This document shows, one piece after another, positions 36,245 to 47,992 of a stretch of 64,000 nucleotides of DNA. Source of the stretch: Picochlorum sp. SENEW3 (lineage: Eukaryota). A program made the position numbers and the translations under genes. The notes below the pieces were generated by a model. The model was not told where the DNA came from. It searched no databases and was given only the letters and a program-made list of their open reading frames with translations. Every line of letters begins with the position of its first letter. Within the stretch, counting starts at the first letter, position 1. The DNA lies in contig CP120454.1 of NCBI GenBank assembly GCA_034226945.1, positions 1,116,001-1,180,000 on the forward strand, written 5' to 3'.

Positions 36245-38347
36245 TCATCCATTCCGTGTCTTCATATCGTTTGCAAGTTTTTCTGATAGGGAACCATTCT
36301 TTTGGAAATGACGCATGTGCAGTATTGGAATGCAGCCTGCTTGAGCCATGGTTTTTCCCTGTATCAGTTCTGAATATGGTCTGGGTTTCCAAGGTGCCAA
36401 CCCATCCTCAGAGTCGGTTCCGACTTTTTGGCACACATTCATCAGGGCAGATAAGCTATTCATTTTCATGTACGGACATGATGCACAGCCACCCTCTTGT
36501 GAACACCCTTCTCCCCCAGCAGGTCCCGGCACAATTGGAATGCCACCTGGTAGGCTGGAAGACCCTTCTCCCAATACGGTGATGGCGTCCGGAGACACAG
36601 GGAATATAATCTCTACTTCTACATCGCCCCTATCAGCATTCACCAGCATGGATTGTACTTTTCGGACAATGGATGTTACCATTCCTGTCTCTGTCCCTAA
36701 GACTACTTGGATCCTTTCTGGGAATGGTCTCTCAAGGGCTTCTTCTAACTTTGCTGAAATAAAGTCCAGAATATTTTGAGTCGATCCCACGACACCCATG
36801 CCTCGTTCCCTTGCCTCCATAGCCAACGTGAACATCTCACCTGGCACTTCAAAATGTGCTGCAATATACGCATCCCTGTACACTTTCTCAGCAATCCTAC
36901 AGACTTCCCCACCAAATAAATGGTGAACAATACATGTACCTTCCTGGAAATGATGAAGCCTTGGCAAAAGTGATGCAATGGTCTCTGGAGTGTGTTCTGG
37001 GTGCAATGCAGCCACTTCTTCAGGCGTTGCTGTGGCCAGCGATTCAAACAATTGAACCAAGTTGCGCCCCATATATGTATCAGGTCCATACCATACATGT
37101 GCATCGGGGACCTGGGCAAATGCCTGCAGCACTGTCTGGACGACATTTGACGACGTACAAGTAATTGTAGGGACAATAGCATCAGCAGTAGCCTTTGTCC
37201 TCAGGCTCGTATTAATGTACACCACGTGTACCGAATTAGGAACCTTGCTTGCTTCTTTCAAATATGACTCATATGCGATACTTTCAGCGGCCTCTGCGAG
37301 AGAGCATCCAATATCATCTGCTGCCATTCTATAGACTGCCACATCAGAATATCCAGCCTCATCCAAAATAGCCCTCACATTTTCAGACATGAAATCAACT
37401 CCTAGCACAGCAACAGTTGTGCATCCAGCTTCAGCCATAGCAACTGCTCCATCTGCCATCACAAGTGAATCGGAAATCTTAATGTGAGGCCACTCGGCAG
37501 CGGCAGCACTGAGAACCCCTTGCACCTCTGGATCCATGTAAAAGTGTGCAACAATTCCAATCTTTTTCTCTTTTAATAAATTAACCAAGCTTGTAACTTG
37601 CTCTTTGTTCGGCTCCAGGAATTTCTGCTGCGATTCTGCAAATGCTCCCTGTGGAACAGTCCCATCACGGGACACCACCAAGGAGGGAAAAGTAGGTGGA
37701 CTTCCAAGCAACACATTCGTTTGCTTCTTTGCAGATTCCAACATGTTTAAAAATCCGTTTGTTCTTGATCGAGTAAGAGTATCAACCCCCAAACCAAGAG
37801 ACAGTAAACTATCAGGACTCACTGCAAGCAGCTCTTCTGGACTCAGACCGGTCAACAGGTCGGTCAACAAAGCACACAGCCCACGCGTCACGAGGGCGTC
37901 TGAATCAGCATATACAACCGCTGCATTGTCTTGGAATACCACTCTCAGCCACACCTGAGAGGTGCAGCCCATAACTCTATTCTCAGGAACTCGTACATTC
38001 GTCACATCGTCAACAGCATGCTCCCTCCCGAGAGAAATCAGCGCTTTCATCCTATCTTCATCATTCTTTCCCACAAGAACAGTATCTCTAATACTCTGAA
38101 TTCGTGATTCGACAGAAGAGATCGAGGCCGCCCCAGTTTGAGCAGTTGAAGCTCGAAACTGCTTGCCATCCCGCCCAGGATCAGAATATCGAGCATTCTG
38201 TGGCCCTGCGAAACATTGGCATGCCTTCCTATCGTTCAGAAATTTTTGCTGATGAACACGCGAGTATCGGCGAATGCCTAATGATGCAGCAGCAGGCCTG
38301 GCAGGGACGGTGCAATCAATTGCACAAGCGACTTGACCCACAACCAT
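36245..38347 (-). CDS. QS: Quinolinate synthase, plastid SufE-NadA fusion
   Basis: SufE motifs NRVMGCTSQVW and SRTNGF. NadA motifs VAHFYMDPEVQ, GCSLAE, YINTS, CIVHH, AHFE and SCPYMKMN. Confidence 0.95.
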   Translation of the reverse strand: MVVGQVACAIDCTVPARPAAASLGIRRYSRVHQQKFLNDRKACQCFAGPQNARYSDPGRDGKQFRASTAQTGAASISSVESRIQSIRDTVLVGKNDEDRMKALISLGREHAVDDVTNVRVPENRVMGCTSQVWLRVVFQDNAAVVYADSDALVTRGLCALLTDLLTGLSPEELLAVSPDSLLSLGLGVDTLTRSRTNGFLNMLESAKKQTNVLLGSPPTFPSLVVSRDGTVPQGAFAESQQKFLEPNKEQVTSLVNLLKEKKIGIVAHFYMDPEVQGVLSAAAAEWPHIKISDSLVMADGAVAMAEAGCTTVAVLGVDFMSENVRAILDEAGYSDVAVYRMAADDIGCSLAEAAESIAYESYLKEASKVPNSVHVVYINTSLRTKATADAIVPTITCTSSNVVQTVLQAFAQVPDAHVWYGPDTYMGRNLVQLFESLATATPEEVAALHPEHTPETIASLLPRLHHFQEGTCIVHHLFGGEVCRIAEKVYRDAYIAAHFEVPGEMFTLAMEARERGMGVVGSTQNILDFISAKLEEALERPFPERIQVVLGTETGMVTSIVRKVQSMLVNADRGDVEVEIIFPVSPDAITVLGEGSSSLPGGIPIVPGPAGGEGCSQEGGCASCPYMKMNSLSALMNVCQKVGTDSEDGLAPWKPRPYSELIQGKTMAQAGCIPILHMRHFQKNGSLSEKLANDMKTRNG

Positions 38348-39047
38348 GTTTTTCCCTATCTATCAACAAATATATCTAAAAAGAAATCAATTTAGTTAAA
38401 TTTAAGGACGTCTTAATTCCTGACATGTGGTATCTAGAGACTTCTTGTGGTCTGAACTATATATGTAGTGTCTTCCTATCAACTACACCCAACGACCGGA
38501 CATCTACTCCGCAGACGCACGTTTTTGGCAAAACGGAGAGAATCGCAGTCATCAGCGCCTCCAACATCGCCCACAGATACGTATTCTCCCAATGAAAACT
38601 ACAATTGTATTCTATAATTGTATGACAAGAATTTGGTATGTTTCAATGAGTTCCACGGTGTGTGTAATGATTATTTCGAACCAATCAGTTCCCGAGAAAA
38701 TGTCCTGTTTCTCGCGCCCTGGCCGTCCCCGTGAATGGCATAATTTGAGCATGCCAGGGTGATACCAGTATGCCATGTGAATAGTAATTGGCCATGGTGG
38801 GGTGGAAGGGAGGTTGGCGCCATGTTTGGGGGGTGGTTGGACAAGGGTCGGTTTCTGACATGAGCGCTCGGTTGTTGATCTTTTTGCACGGGGGATTTTG
38901 GCTTTGATGGCATGATAGTATGACGTCAAGATAGTAAAATGATATGTATCATGGGTTACGATGGTTGTAGGTATGGGAATTTTGTGGCAGCAGTAGAAGT
39001 AGTTGTTGAACGAATTTCAAGGTAGGAGTTGGCTGTGTTTCGTCATC

Positions 39048-41888
39048 ATGGTGGCGAGCAGGCGAGGCGGAAAGGGAACGACGAGGAGAAATGGCGTAGA
39101 GCAGAAGAGGCAGCGTGATTCTGGGGCTTTGTCGGAGCAATCCAAGCGAGCCAGAGTGGATGCATCTCATCACAAGGAGAATGGCACACGTGCTACACAG
39201 CATGTGGGGGCACAGACACGGCGGACTAGGATGCAGATGAAGGTGTCTGGTGGGCAGAAGGATGAGGTAGAAGCCTCTGAGAATAAATTTGATTTAGTAT
39301 CGTTGATTGAAAAGGCGGGCGCATGTATGAATTTGCCTGCTATTGAGCGTGTTTTGGAGGACACGTGGCCTTCTAGTAGAGGCAACAATCAAAATGTGCA
39401 GCATTTGAAGGAAGCGTATCGAGCTCTTGATTTAGGATATTATTCGACGAGAAAGTTGGCGGTGCCCAAAATGGCAATGATGCTTTGGCTCCTGTCTGGT
39501 AAAGTGAGTGAGGATGCAACATATGATTCAGCGTGTGCAGTGAGGAATGCGCAGCTTCCTTCGCAGTTGGACGACTTGATAAATAGACGAGGAAAGAAGA
39601 CTATTGATGGGAAAGCAGTGTTGGACAAGTATTTGTTGCAACCAGTTCATGTGAAGCCACAGCCAAAACAACTGCCCCCAGAGGATGTTGCAGACAAAGC
39701 CAAGAAGGATTTGCTGAAGAAATATTCTGACGAATTCATCCAATTAGCATCTATTGGTAGATTGGTAATGGGCCTGAAGCCTGGAGAAAAGATCACGTTT
39801 GCAAAGTTGTTCAGCACACAATTTTTGGTCAATCAAGAGTTGATGTTCAAAGCAGGAAGTAATGATTCAGTCAAGGAGGCTATAGTTGATGATCTTGGTT
39901 CTGGTATTATCTGCAGATGCAAGGGTTGTAGTAAAGCTCCTAATTCGAGACCCATGAAGCCAAAGGACTTTTTGTCTCATCTGAATACAAATGCAACACA
40001 GGCCATGGTGTATCTCAAACTCAAGAAATTCGACCAGACGTTGAATCAGTTGTCAAAATTGTTGTCCAGCGAGAAATTACGTGATCTTATGGTCGATGTA
40101 TATCCAGACCATTGCCACAAGTGCAAAGTTGGGGGCGAGTTGCTCTGCTGTGATGGTTGTACCACTGCCTGGCATGTCAAGTGCACAGAGCTGAAGGACA
40201 TGCCGGGGGACGATGTTCCTTTCCTGTGTTCTCTGTGTGAAAAGTCAGCTAAAAATTTGAAGAGCGGGTCGGTGAAAGATAGGCGTCAGCTGCAGCGGAT
40301 ACGGAACAAAACAAGCCAAAGCCAATCAAAGAAGAAGGGCAGGAAGTCACAAGGTGGATATAGACAAAGCACCGGAGGCAGGTTGCGTATGATGGCGCCA
40401 GAGAGACATGGTAGGCCCACTCGTAATCTCAATAGGAATAAAAGGCTGTTCCAAGGAGAGCAGGGTGGTTTGAGAAGTGGCATGAGGGTGTTTTACAGAG
40501 CCCGAGGAGTTGAGATATTGGGTGGTTACATCGTGATCAATCCTTCCGGTTTATCTGGAATTCGCTGCGATCATTGTGATAAGATTATTTCTTGCTCGCA
40601 ATTCGAATCGCATGCCGGTCATGCTCAGAGAAGGCAGCCATACGAGCACATTCATGTTGTTGAGGAAGGTGTGAATTTGAAAAAAATTGCTGCCCGTCTA
40701 CCAGACATCTCAGAGGGGAAAGGTGGAGAAGAGGTACACGATATTTATTCAGATTTGGATGCTCTGACTGGAGGGTGCACTTTTTGTCGCGAACCAGATT
40801 TTCAAAAGGGAGATTTTGGTTCACGGACCATCATGATTTGTGACCAATGCGAAAGAGAGTATCACGTAGGTTGCTTGGAAGAACATGGATTGGGAAAGCT
40901 AGACTCGCTTCCTGAAGGAGATTGGTTTTGTGATGATAAATGTGGACGGATTCATGGGCATTTTAAGAGTCTCGTGGACAGAGGAGAGATGAACGCTGAT
41001 ATATTGTTGGACGGACTTGAAACATCTAACGTTGACATAAATGTACCAGAGCAAATAGTCAAGGAGGAAGATCAGATGAATGGGAAGAGGCGTAGCTCGA
41101 GAACCTGCGTGATTGCGCCAAAGCCTACAGTGAGGGATAGTCCCTACAAGCTTGATATTGAGGGCTACACTTGGTGTGTGTTGAATGGTTCTGATGGAAG
41201 TGACGAAACAACCATAGCAATAACTGAGGCGAAAAAAATTCTGGAAGAGTCGTTTGATCCAATTATGGACTTGTCTACCAATACAGACTTGTTACCCCTC
41301 ATGATCCATGCAGAGCAACACGGAGAGTGGGATTACAGAGGCGTCCACACACTCTTGCTCAAATACATGGATACACCGGTTGTCGCCGCTATTGTTCGCG
41401 TCTTTGGTCCACAAATGGCGGAATTGCCCTTAATCGCAACATTAAAGTCACAAAGGAGGAAAGGGCATGCCAAGGTGCTTGTGGATCTGTTCCAAAAGCA
41501 TCTGAGTTTTGCAGGCATACACAAACTTGTGTTACCCGCTGCACACGAGACCGTTGGTGCGTGGAAAGGTGGATTCCAATTTGAAGATATGCCTCACGAA
41601 GATGTACGTTTGGCAAAGCATCAATTGAAGGTCCTCGTATTCCCTGGCACAGAGATGCTCTGGAAAACAATTGATTCCACCAGCCCTGCCACAGGTCACC
41701 ATGTCCTCAAACCCATCCTCACAGAGCAAGAGGAGAACGAGCTCATCCATGTAGCACGATCAATGGTGAATCAAATCGAGAAGGAGTTTGATCTGATTGC
41801 AAAGACAAAGGTCAGGCTGACATTGAAAATATGTCCTGCCAGCAACATGATCAAGGTGGAGTTTAGAATTGAACAGCCCGAGTCATGA
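39048..41888 (+). CDS. PHD-finger/GNAT histone acetyltransferase (IDM1/ROS4-like family)
   Basis: PHD CHKCKVGGELLCCDGC, Tify-like IRCDHC..SQFESHAG, second PHD ICDQCEREYHVGC, and GNAT AELPLIAT..RRKGH. Confidence 0.88.
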   Translation: MVASRRGGKGTTRRNGVEQKRQRDSGALSEQSKRARVDASHHKENGTRATQHVGAQTRRTRMQMKVSGGQKDEVEASENKFDLVSLIEKAGACMNLPAIERVLEDTWPSSRGNNQNVQHLKEAYRALDLGYYSTRKLAVPKMAMMLWLLSGKVSEDATYDSACAVRNAQLPSQLDDLINRRGKKTIDGKAVLDKYLLQPVHVKPQPKQLPPEDVADKAKKDLLKKYSDEFIQLASIGRLVMGLKPGEKITFAKLFSTQFLVNQELMFKAGSNDSVKEAIVDDLGSGIICRCKGCSKAPNSRPMKPKDFLSHLNTNATQAMVYLKLKKFDQTLNQLSKLLSSEKLRDLMVDVYPDHCHKCKVGGELLCCDGCTTAWHVKCTELKDMPGDDVPFLCSLCEKSAKNLKSGSVKDRRQLQRIRNKTSQSQSKKKGRKSQGGYRQSTGGRLRMMAPERHGRPTRNLNRNKRLFQGEQGGLRSGMRVFYRARGVEILGGYIVINPSGLSGIRCDHCDKIISCSQFESHAGHAQRRQPYEHIHVVEEGVNLKKIAARLPDISEGKGGEEVHDIYSDLDALTGGCTFCREPDFQKGDFGSRTIMICDQCEREYHVGCLEEHGLGKLDSLPEGDWFCDDKCGRIHGHFKSLVDRGEMNADILLDGLETSNVDINVPEQIVKEEDQMNGKRRSSRTCVIAPKPTVRDSPYKLDIEGYTWCVLNGSDGSDETTIAITEAKKILEESFDPIMDLSTNTDLLPLMIHAEQHGEWDYRGVHTLLLKYMDTPVVAAIVRVFGPQMAELPLIATLKSQRRKGHAKVLVDLFQKHLSFAGIHKLVLPAAHETVGAWKGGFQFEDMPHEDVRLAKHQLKVLVFPGTEMLWKTIDSTSPATGHHVLKPILTEQEENELIHVARSMVNQIEKEFDLIAKTKVRLTLKICPASNMIKVEFRIEQPES

Positions 41889-41994
41889 TATATATATATA
41901 TGAAGTGTCTATTAATATGCACAGTAGTGCAATTTAACATAACATGTATTCAGAAAGACGTGTGTGTGTGAGAGAGAGAGCGTGCGTGCGATTC

Positions 41995-42649
41995 TCATGG
42001 AACACCAGGGATACCACTGAATGGAACTTGTTTCTTCCATGCAAGCCACTCCTCTCCAAAGAATTTATAAAGCAGTGCATCTTCCACCCGTATCCTCAGC
42101 GCCATAAACCTCCATGTTATAATCATAAATGCAACGGTGCAACATACATTGCCCAACCAAATCTGACTACCCACGGAAAAGAGGACAAATCCCAAGTAGG
42201 CTGGATGCCTAACCACGCTGTAGACGCCTGCAGTACAGAGTCGATGTTCAGGTTTCCTTTTTGTGGCTATTTTATGCGTAAAATTATGTCCAGCAGTCAG
42301 AATAGCACTTTTTCTGATTATTTCGCCACCGAGCATCATGACACATCCGAGCCAGGCCAATGAAACTGCAAAATATTGAGGCATCTGCTGCCAGACAAAT
42401 GGCGAGAAGTTGTACTCCAAAACGCCACAGACCATTGCCGTCACATACGGTGCACTCAATAGCCACGCTACGTATGAAGGAAACCATGCATCTATGAGTC
42501 CAGACCATCACAGAGATGCATCAATATCAGTGCAAGTAAATAAACGTACAGGACTTGTCAACTTCTCCCGGGTGAAATCGCCGTGCCAAAAGATACTCCG
42601 ATACATGAAACCATATCAACAACAGAATGAAGATTAAGAGGCGTGTCAT
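41995..42649 (-). CDS. ICMT: Isoprenylcysteine carboxyl methyltransferase (STE14), 2 exons
   Basis: Exon 1 MTRLLIF..FHVSEYLLA, intron ~42468-42549, then AGHNFTH, GVYSVVRHPAY, RIRVED and SGIP. Confidence 0.9.
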
Positions 42650-43214
42650 GATGGAACATAACGGACGAATACGCTTATGGGTCCTTTTGAACAATGCCAA
42701 CGCAGTTTGACTTTCTGCACCCCATGTGGATTACACCATGGCCAACAATCTATGCGGTGCACGATTTTGATAGAAACAATAAAGCATTAATTGCGCTGCC
42801 ATGCACCCTGCGATCCAGTGAAGAGATGACTTATAACGTTCTAAACGTTTGAATTCCAACACGGTGTTGAACGGTCGGTCAATTGATTTTGCAATGGGTC
42901 TGGTCGATCGATGGGAATGGCCCATCAGCAGGATTCGATAGGTCTCGGAGACGACCAGCCCATACACTTGGGAGCCATACAGAGAAGTGGCCTAGAATAA
43001 GGCCCTCTGCTCGTGGGGTGCCAAAACAAGACCCGGAAGAGAAACACGTGTTTATTTAATTTATTTTGCTCAATATTATCTTTATTTAAACTTGAAATGA
43101 TGTATTATCACGACCTAACAACCACGCGTTGGTGTTGGCGCACGTGTGGCGGTAGTAGAGTTCACACCTGGGTTGATCTTCCACTGCAGACCAAGACCTG
43201 TGGACCCTTGAAGC

Positions 43215-44483
43215 ATGATGAGCGAAACCGATCAAGATGGAAATACACACAGGATTGTCCAGCGTGATTACCACCGTCCGAAACCTGTCACCAAGACTTT
43301 GAAGCACCTGAGACGAGTTGCCAAATCTGCTGAGCACACGTTGGGAAGGAAGATGTCCACACTTGAAGGTGGGCAGTATGTGCTGTTGGTCAAAGCTCTC
43401 AGGCAGAACAGGAGCGGTCAAGTGCATGGTACGTGCATTTTTTCGTTACTTTGAGGTTCGTTCATGTTAGTTCATGAAAGAGTTCTCTTTGCTGCAGAGG
43501 TTGTGGAGATTGTGGGCTCCCCAGGTTTGAAGGAGTCTTTTGAAGCACACCAAAGTGATGTGTTGAATGGCATTCCAGCAAACAAGGACGATACCGATGC
43601 ACCAATCGGCGAGGCCTGTGATCCGTTCCACAAAGGCGCTATGGTCGCTGAAATACTGTCTGATGTAGAAGATCGAGATCCAGGCAGGGACACCAACACT
43701 TCCAGTCCAGATGCGCCAGTACTAAAAGGAGGTCCAAGCATGACAAGGCTGCCACGGCCAGATGCAGTCGTACCGCCAGAGGACTCACAAGATTCCATTC
43801 TCGATATTGGGGGTTTTGGGGATGACGTAGATGAGGTCACTCTGATGGACTGGACTGCCCAGCAGGGTGGGAATGTGCCTCCAGTATCCCAAGCAGCTTG
43901 TGATTCTGCCCTCAAACAACCACGCGTTGCCTGCGAGGGCGTTGCTCAGAAAGATACACCTGGCAACGAAGATTCGTGGAGATCACTGGTGCATTCCGAC
44001 GACCCATTCCTGTCGCTGATCCCATGCAAAATACCACCTCTGGCTTCAGCGCTACAACAATGTCAGCACAACCACCTGAAAGCATACAAGCGCCTAGGTC
44101 TCCCTGTCTCTGGTACGAGTGACTTGACTGTCGGTTTGTTTCTTCTGTAAAGCTGTGAGGGTGTCAATGTCGACATGAGTAAATATACTGTGTGTATGTA
44201 TTGTGCAGATGACTTGAAAGGATGGTTTGAAACTGGGGTTGGCCATACCGTATGGAGCACCGTGCATGCACATTATCCTCAGGTGCTTGATCCCACTTTG
44301 GTTGCACGAGAAAGAGTGCGTAATGCAAAAGGTGCATCAACAGAGAGAAGTGAACTGGAATGGCATTCCAAGAGAGGAGTGAATTCTCCAAGTCTCCCCA
44401 GAGTGCACATCAAAGCATCCAAAGCGAGACAGAGACAGGCATCTTTGACCAAGTCTTTGAGAGATTCCGTGCTATATGTGTAG
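43215..44483 (+). CDS. Orphan 3-exon gene (~367 aa) associated with the element
   Basis: GT-AG introns 43429-43497 and 44113-44208, both phase 1, join three ORF-track pieces into one frame. Confidence 0.65.
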
Positions 44484-44798
44484 TATGGCTTATCCTCAGT
44501 ACCAGTAATCAGATGGAAGCGAAAGATAAACCAGTCTGGTGCAGGCTCCTTCTCGTTAAGCCTTGGCTGTTCTTTTACATATAACTTGTGGAATGCAGAA
44601 TTGATGTGCGTGTTTTTTCATCGGATGTATTCATGCAGAATGCAATCATCGATCTTAGTATATGCAATTTTTTTTTTCTTTTTCACTCTATTTGGAGCTA
44701 TTACTCTAACCAAGCACCAGAACGTGGTTGGTCTCTTTCTGATTGTCCCAGAAATCAGTGCTCTTTTGACAGTCCATCCACCTCATGTGTACAATCTT

Positions 44799-47294
44799 TT
44801 ACAAAAAGTCATCATTTGTTGATTGTCGGAGCTTGATTCCCACCCAAACTCGACACTTAATCCCATTGACACGTCTGGACGCAGTCTTAACACATCTTCC
44901 TCGTGCAGGATCATGGAATTGCCTGAGTTTGGATCGCATCTTCGTGAGAGAGAACTGTAGTCCCAGTGTCTTCCAAGCTGACTCAACGTCGGCAGATGTC
45001 GAAATGTCAGACTCGTCGCCAGTAATTTGAAAGATGCTGTCAATAACAGAGTCGATGTCCTGGCCATCTTCCTGAATCATCAAATCAGCTTCATTCTGGA
45101 TGCTTTCCGGAAGGTCAGGAAGCTCCCTGGAATAGTAACGAAGCAAAAGATGCCACACGATGTTTCCCATTTCTTCCGTCTCCAAGCTTTGCTTCAAAGA
45201 GGGATCTCCTTCTCTCCAAAATGATGGCCGTTCTTCCTCTGCCATTGAGGTGAAAGTTCTCTTGTCCACATATTTGGCCTTGCAATGGAACACCACACAA
45301 GTCTCCAAGGCATCCTTGGCTGAAACTTCCGACATTTCATTGGCATTGTTCACCAGGGTACATTGAGGTATGATACTGAATGGCATGCCATGGGGAACCC
45401 TGAGACGAATAGGGTCACCTCCTGACACAACTTGCTTGATCAGGTTTGCATCCAGCTTGTGCCCTTTCCCGATGCTTTCATTCGAAAACGCAAGACGACT
45501 CCACCGCAGCCCATACACCCATTTCAGTTCATATTCTGCATCACTTGCATGGGGAGTATCTCTGAATGCTTTGATATTGTACGTGCTGACCTACTCGGGA
45601 CCCAAGGCAACTCGGAGCGCTTTTTCAATCACTCCTTTGCCAGAGTTCCGGTCACCCAAGATGACGAACCATCTCTTATCTTCTGTGTGTCCAGCAACCG
45701 CTCTTGCAAGAATCTTTAATAGCGCTCTACCCTGCTCTTCGCCCAGCGTATCGAAAAACAGAGTCTTTTCAACATGGTCCAGCTTGTCTTCTGGTGGGGC
45801 TTGCTCAGGATACTCTCGTGGAACAGATACGGTGGTCATATCTTGGGGACCCACCTCACGAAAAGTCCCCATTCCGAAATCATATACGCCATTCTTCCAA
45901 AAGACTTTCTGTCGGCAGCCCTGGCCTAGACGGGCCGGGAAATTTGGATCGTCCTGGGCTTCATAGACGCTGATGATGTTTCTCATCCCATGTGCATTAT
46001 GGGAGTATTTCTTGCCGTCCAGTCTCAGGTCGATTCTGCGGCAATACTGCTGAATATTGTATGCGAAATTGTCTTTTCCTGTTTGCCACTTGCCTGTTGT
46101 GGGAGATTTTGAGTATAACTGTCCTTCAGCTCTGTAAGCAATTTCCTCCCCTGCAACCTCTTTGATGACCTGACAAGCATGCACATCGGATTCAATCGAG
46201 CGCAGCACGCATGTTACCTGCAGATCAGAAAGGTTGACTTGTCTGTCCATTTCCTTGAGAGCGAACGCCACCTTCCACGTCGTTTTCTCCTGGACCCAAG
46301 AGGACAATGCCTCCAGCCATGGTTGTTCGATATCCGTGATCTGTTGTTGTGGAACCATCAGCCCGTCAAAGCAGAGAACCACTTCATCTGCTGAAATTCC
46401 CTGTTCAATCAAAAAGGAGACGCAACAGTGGAGGATCTGATTCTCCATTTCCTGCAAGACACAGATTACAAGCCTGAATTTCACCCTATGGCTCACATTG
46501 TCCTCATTCATATCTCCTGCTCCATGTTCTGTGCTATAGATGACGTTCAGCAAGTGTTTAAACTCATCGCGACCCGATGTTATATCAGCCGCATTCTTGA
46601 ACTCCTTCTGAAGATCTCGAAGCCAGGGTAACTGTTCCCAAGCAACATCCGGAATCTTGCTTGATCCACCATACATCAGTTGTATGATGAACAACTTCAC
46701 ATCATCCCGTTCAAATCCGTGCTGTTTCCCTTCGTTGAATAAGTCACCTCGAGAATGTACGACTCGATACAACGTTTGAAAATCGTGCCCACGGCCCCAC
46801 CTTTCCAACAGCTGCAGCAAGAGGGTGGGGTGAGCGTTGACAACGTCAATGTCATGATACAGATCATGGCACAGGGTATGTCGAACCCACTTTGGGGTGG
46901 TCTGGAGACTGACACCATTCTTAGCATACAGCCTTCCACCGGGAATATTATTCTGAGATCGAAGGCGGCTTTCGCCATATTTCACGGGATAGAGGCAGGT
47001 GCCATCCTGTTGTTCCTCACAGCCAAGCATCATTGCTTCCAGCAGATGAGGAATGCTGTAATCCTGCCAATTATTATCCGCGTTTTCCAGATTTTGACAC
47101 CTGGTGTCCGATTTTTTCTTGTACATACTTTCCAAATGATCATAGTTTGCATATATTTTCCGCAGACGGTCCAGGTGAACCCGCTCCCTGAATGTCTTTT
47201 GGGCCATGCTTCCATGTAGAGGCATCGGACCCACATGGCCATTAACCGGTCGGATGCAACGTTTCTTTCCTGGGCGCGCGCTCTGTGTCATCAT
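44799..47294 (-). pseudogene. TV-Pol (PolA-like primase/polymerase) fused to D5-like SF3 helicase, with one in-frame TAG at 45591-45593
   Basis: Polymerase: GRLY, motif A DIDVVNAHPTLL, motif B RDDVKLFIIQLMYGG, motif C LCFDGLMV. Helicase: FWKNGVYDF, Walker A GDRNSGKG, Walker B LAFSNE, motif C NNANE, and a winged-helix-like end RVWVGIKL. The two ORF-track pieces are in the same frame. Confidence 0.85.
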
Positions 47295-47727
47295 ATGATG
47301 TAGTATGCATACTCTCCTCCATTGGTGATCATCATGGAGATTTGTACACCCTTAAATGACCTTAGATTCGGACAGCAGTGTCTGCTCATGGTGGGAAACG
47401 GGTACGGGACCGTTGTGCTGGTCTGCAACTTAGAGGTCTCACTGTCGAGATGAACCGGGGCAACTATCAATAGTTTCACCATATATGACTATTATGTATA
47501 TATATGAACTGGTTATTATCCTTTACCTCGTTGAATAGCAACATCTAGCGGTAACACGCGACGCCGCCGACTTCTCTGTCACATCTTTCGCCTTCGCACA
47601 CCACTATGTTTTATGCTTTCCCTATATGGGGAACGGATATGAGTTAGTTTAAAAGATTTTTCACATAGACTGCGAGAATATTTGGCGAAGGGTTCCTGTC
47701 ACCGGGCGGGGTGGTTGGCAACTACCG

Positions 47728-47992
47728 GTGGAACAGTGGAACACTGGAACACCTCTCAAACTTTTTTTTCTGGGAGATTGCATCTTTCAGTAACATCTCC
47801 TGGCCATAGATGAAAACATGCAAAAACTACTGTTCCACTGTTCCACTGTACCCAAATTTGTACTATTCTTTCCATTTTACCCTATAAATGCCTCACTTAC
47901 ACGTCAAAACCGAAATTTGTAGACCAAGGGGGAAATATACTACTGTTCCACTAGTGTTCCACTAGTGTTCCACTAGTGTTCCGGTGTTCCAT
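47728..47992. repeat. Iteron-like TGTTCCAC repeats in inverted and direct orientation
   Basis: GTGGAACA-GTGGAACA-CTGGAACA at 47728-47751; TGTTCCAC x2 plus TGTACCCA at 47831-47854; TGTTCCACTAG x3 plus TGTTCCGG and TGTTCCAT at 47944-47992. Confidence 0.9.

Noticed and set aside
36245..38347. SufE-NadA fusion as a novelty
   Set aside because: This is the established architecture of plant/algal plastid quinolinate synthase.
41995..42649. ICMT truncated by the element insertion
   Set aside because: A 5' exon starting at 42649 splices in frame, so the gene appears complete.
47728..47992. CRISPR array
   Set aside because: Repeats are 8-11 bp and abutting, with no unique spacers and no cas genes, in a eukaryotic context.
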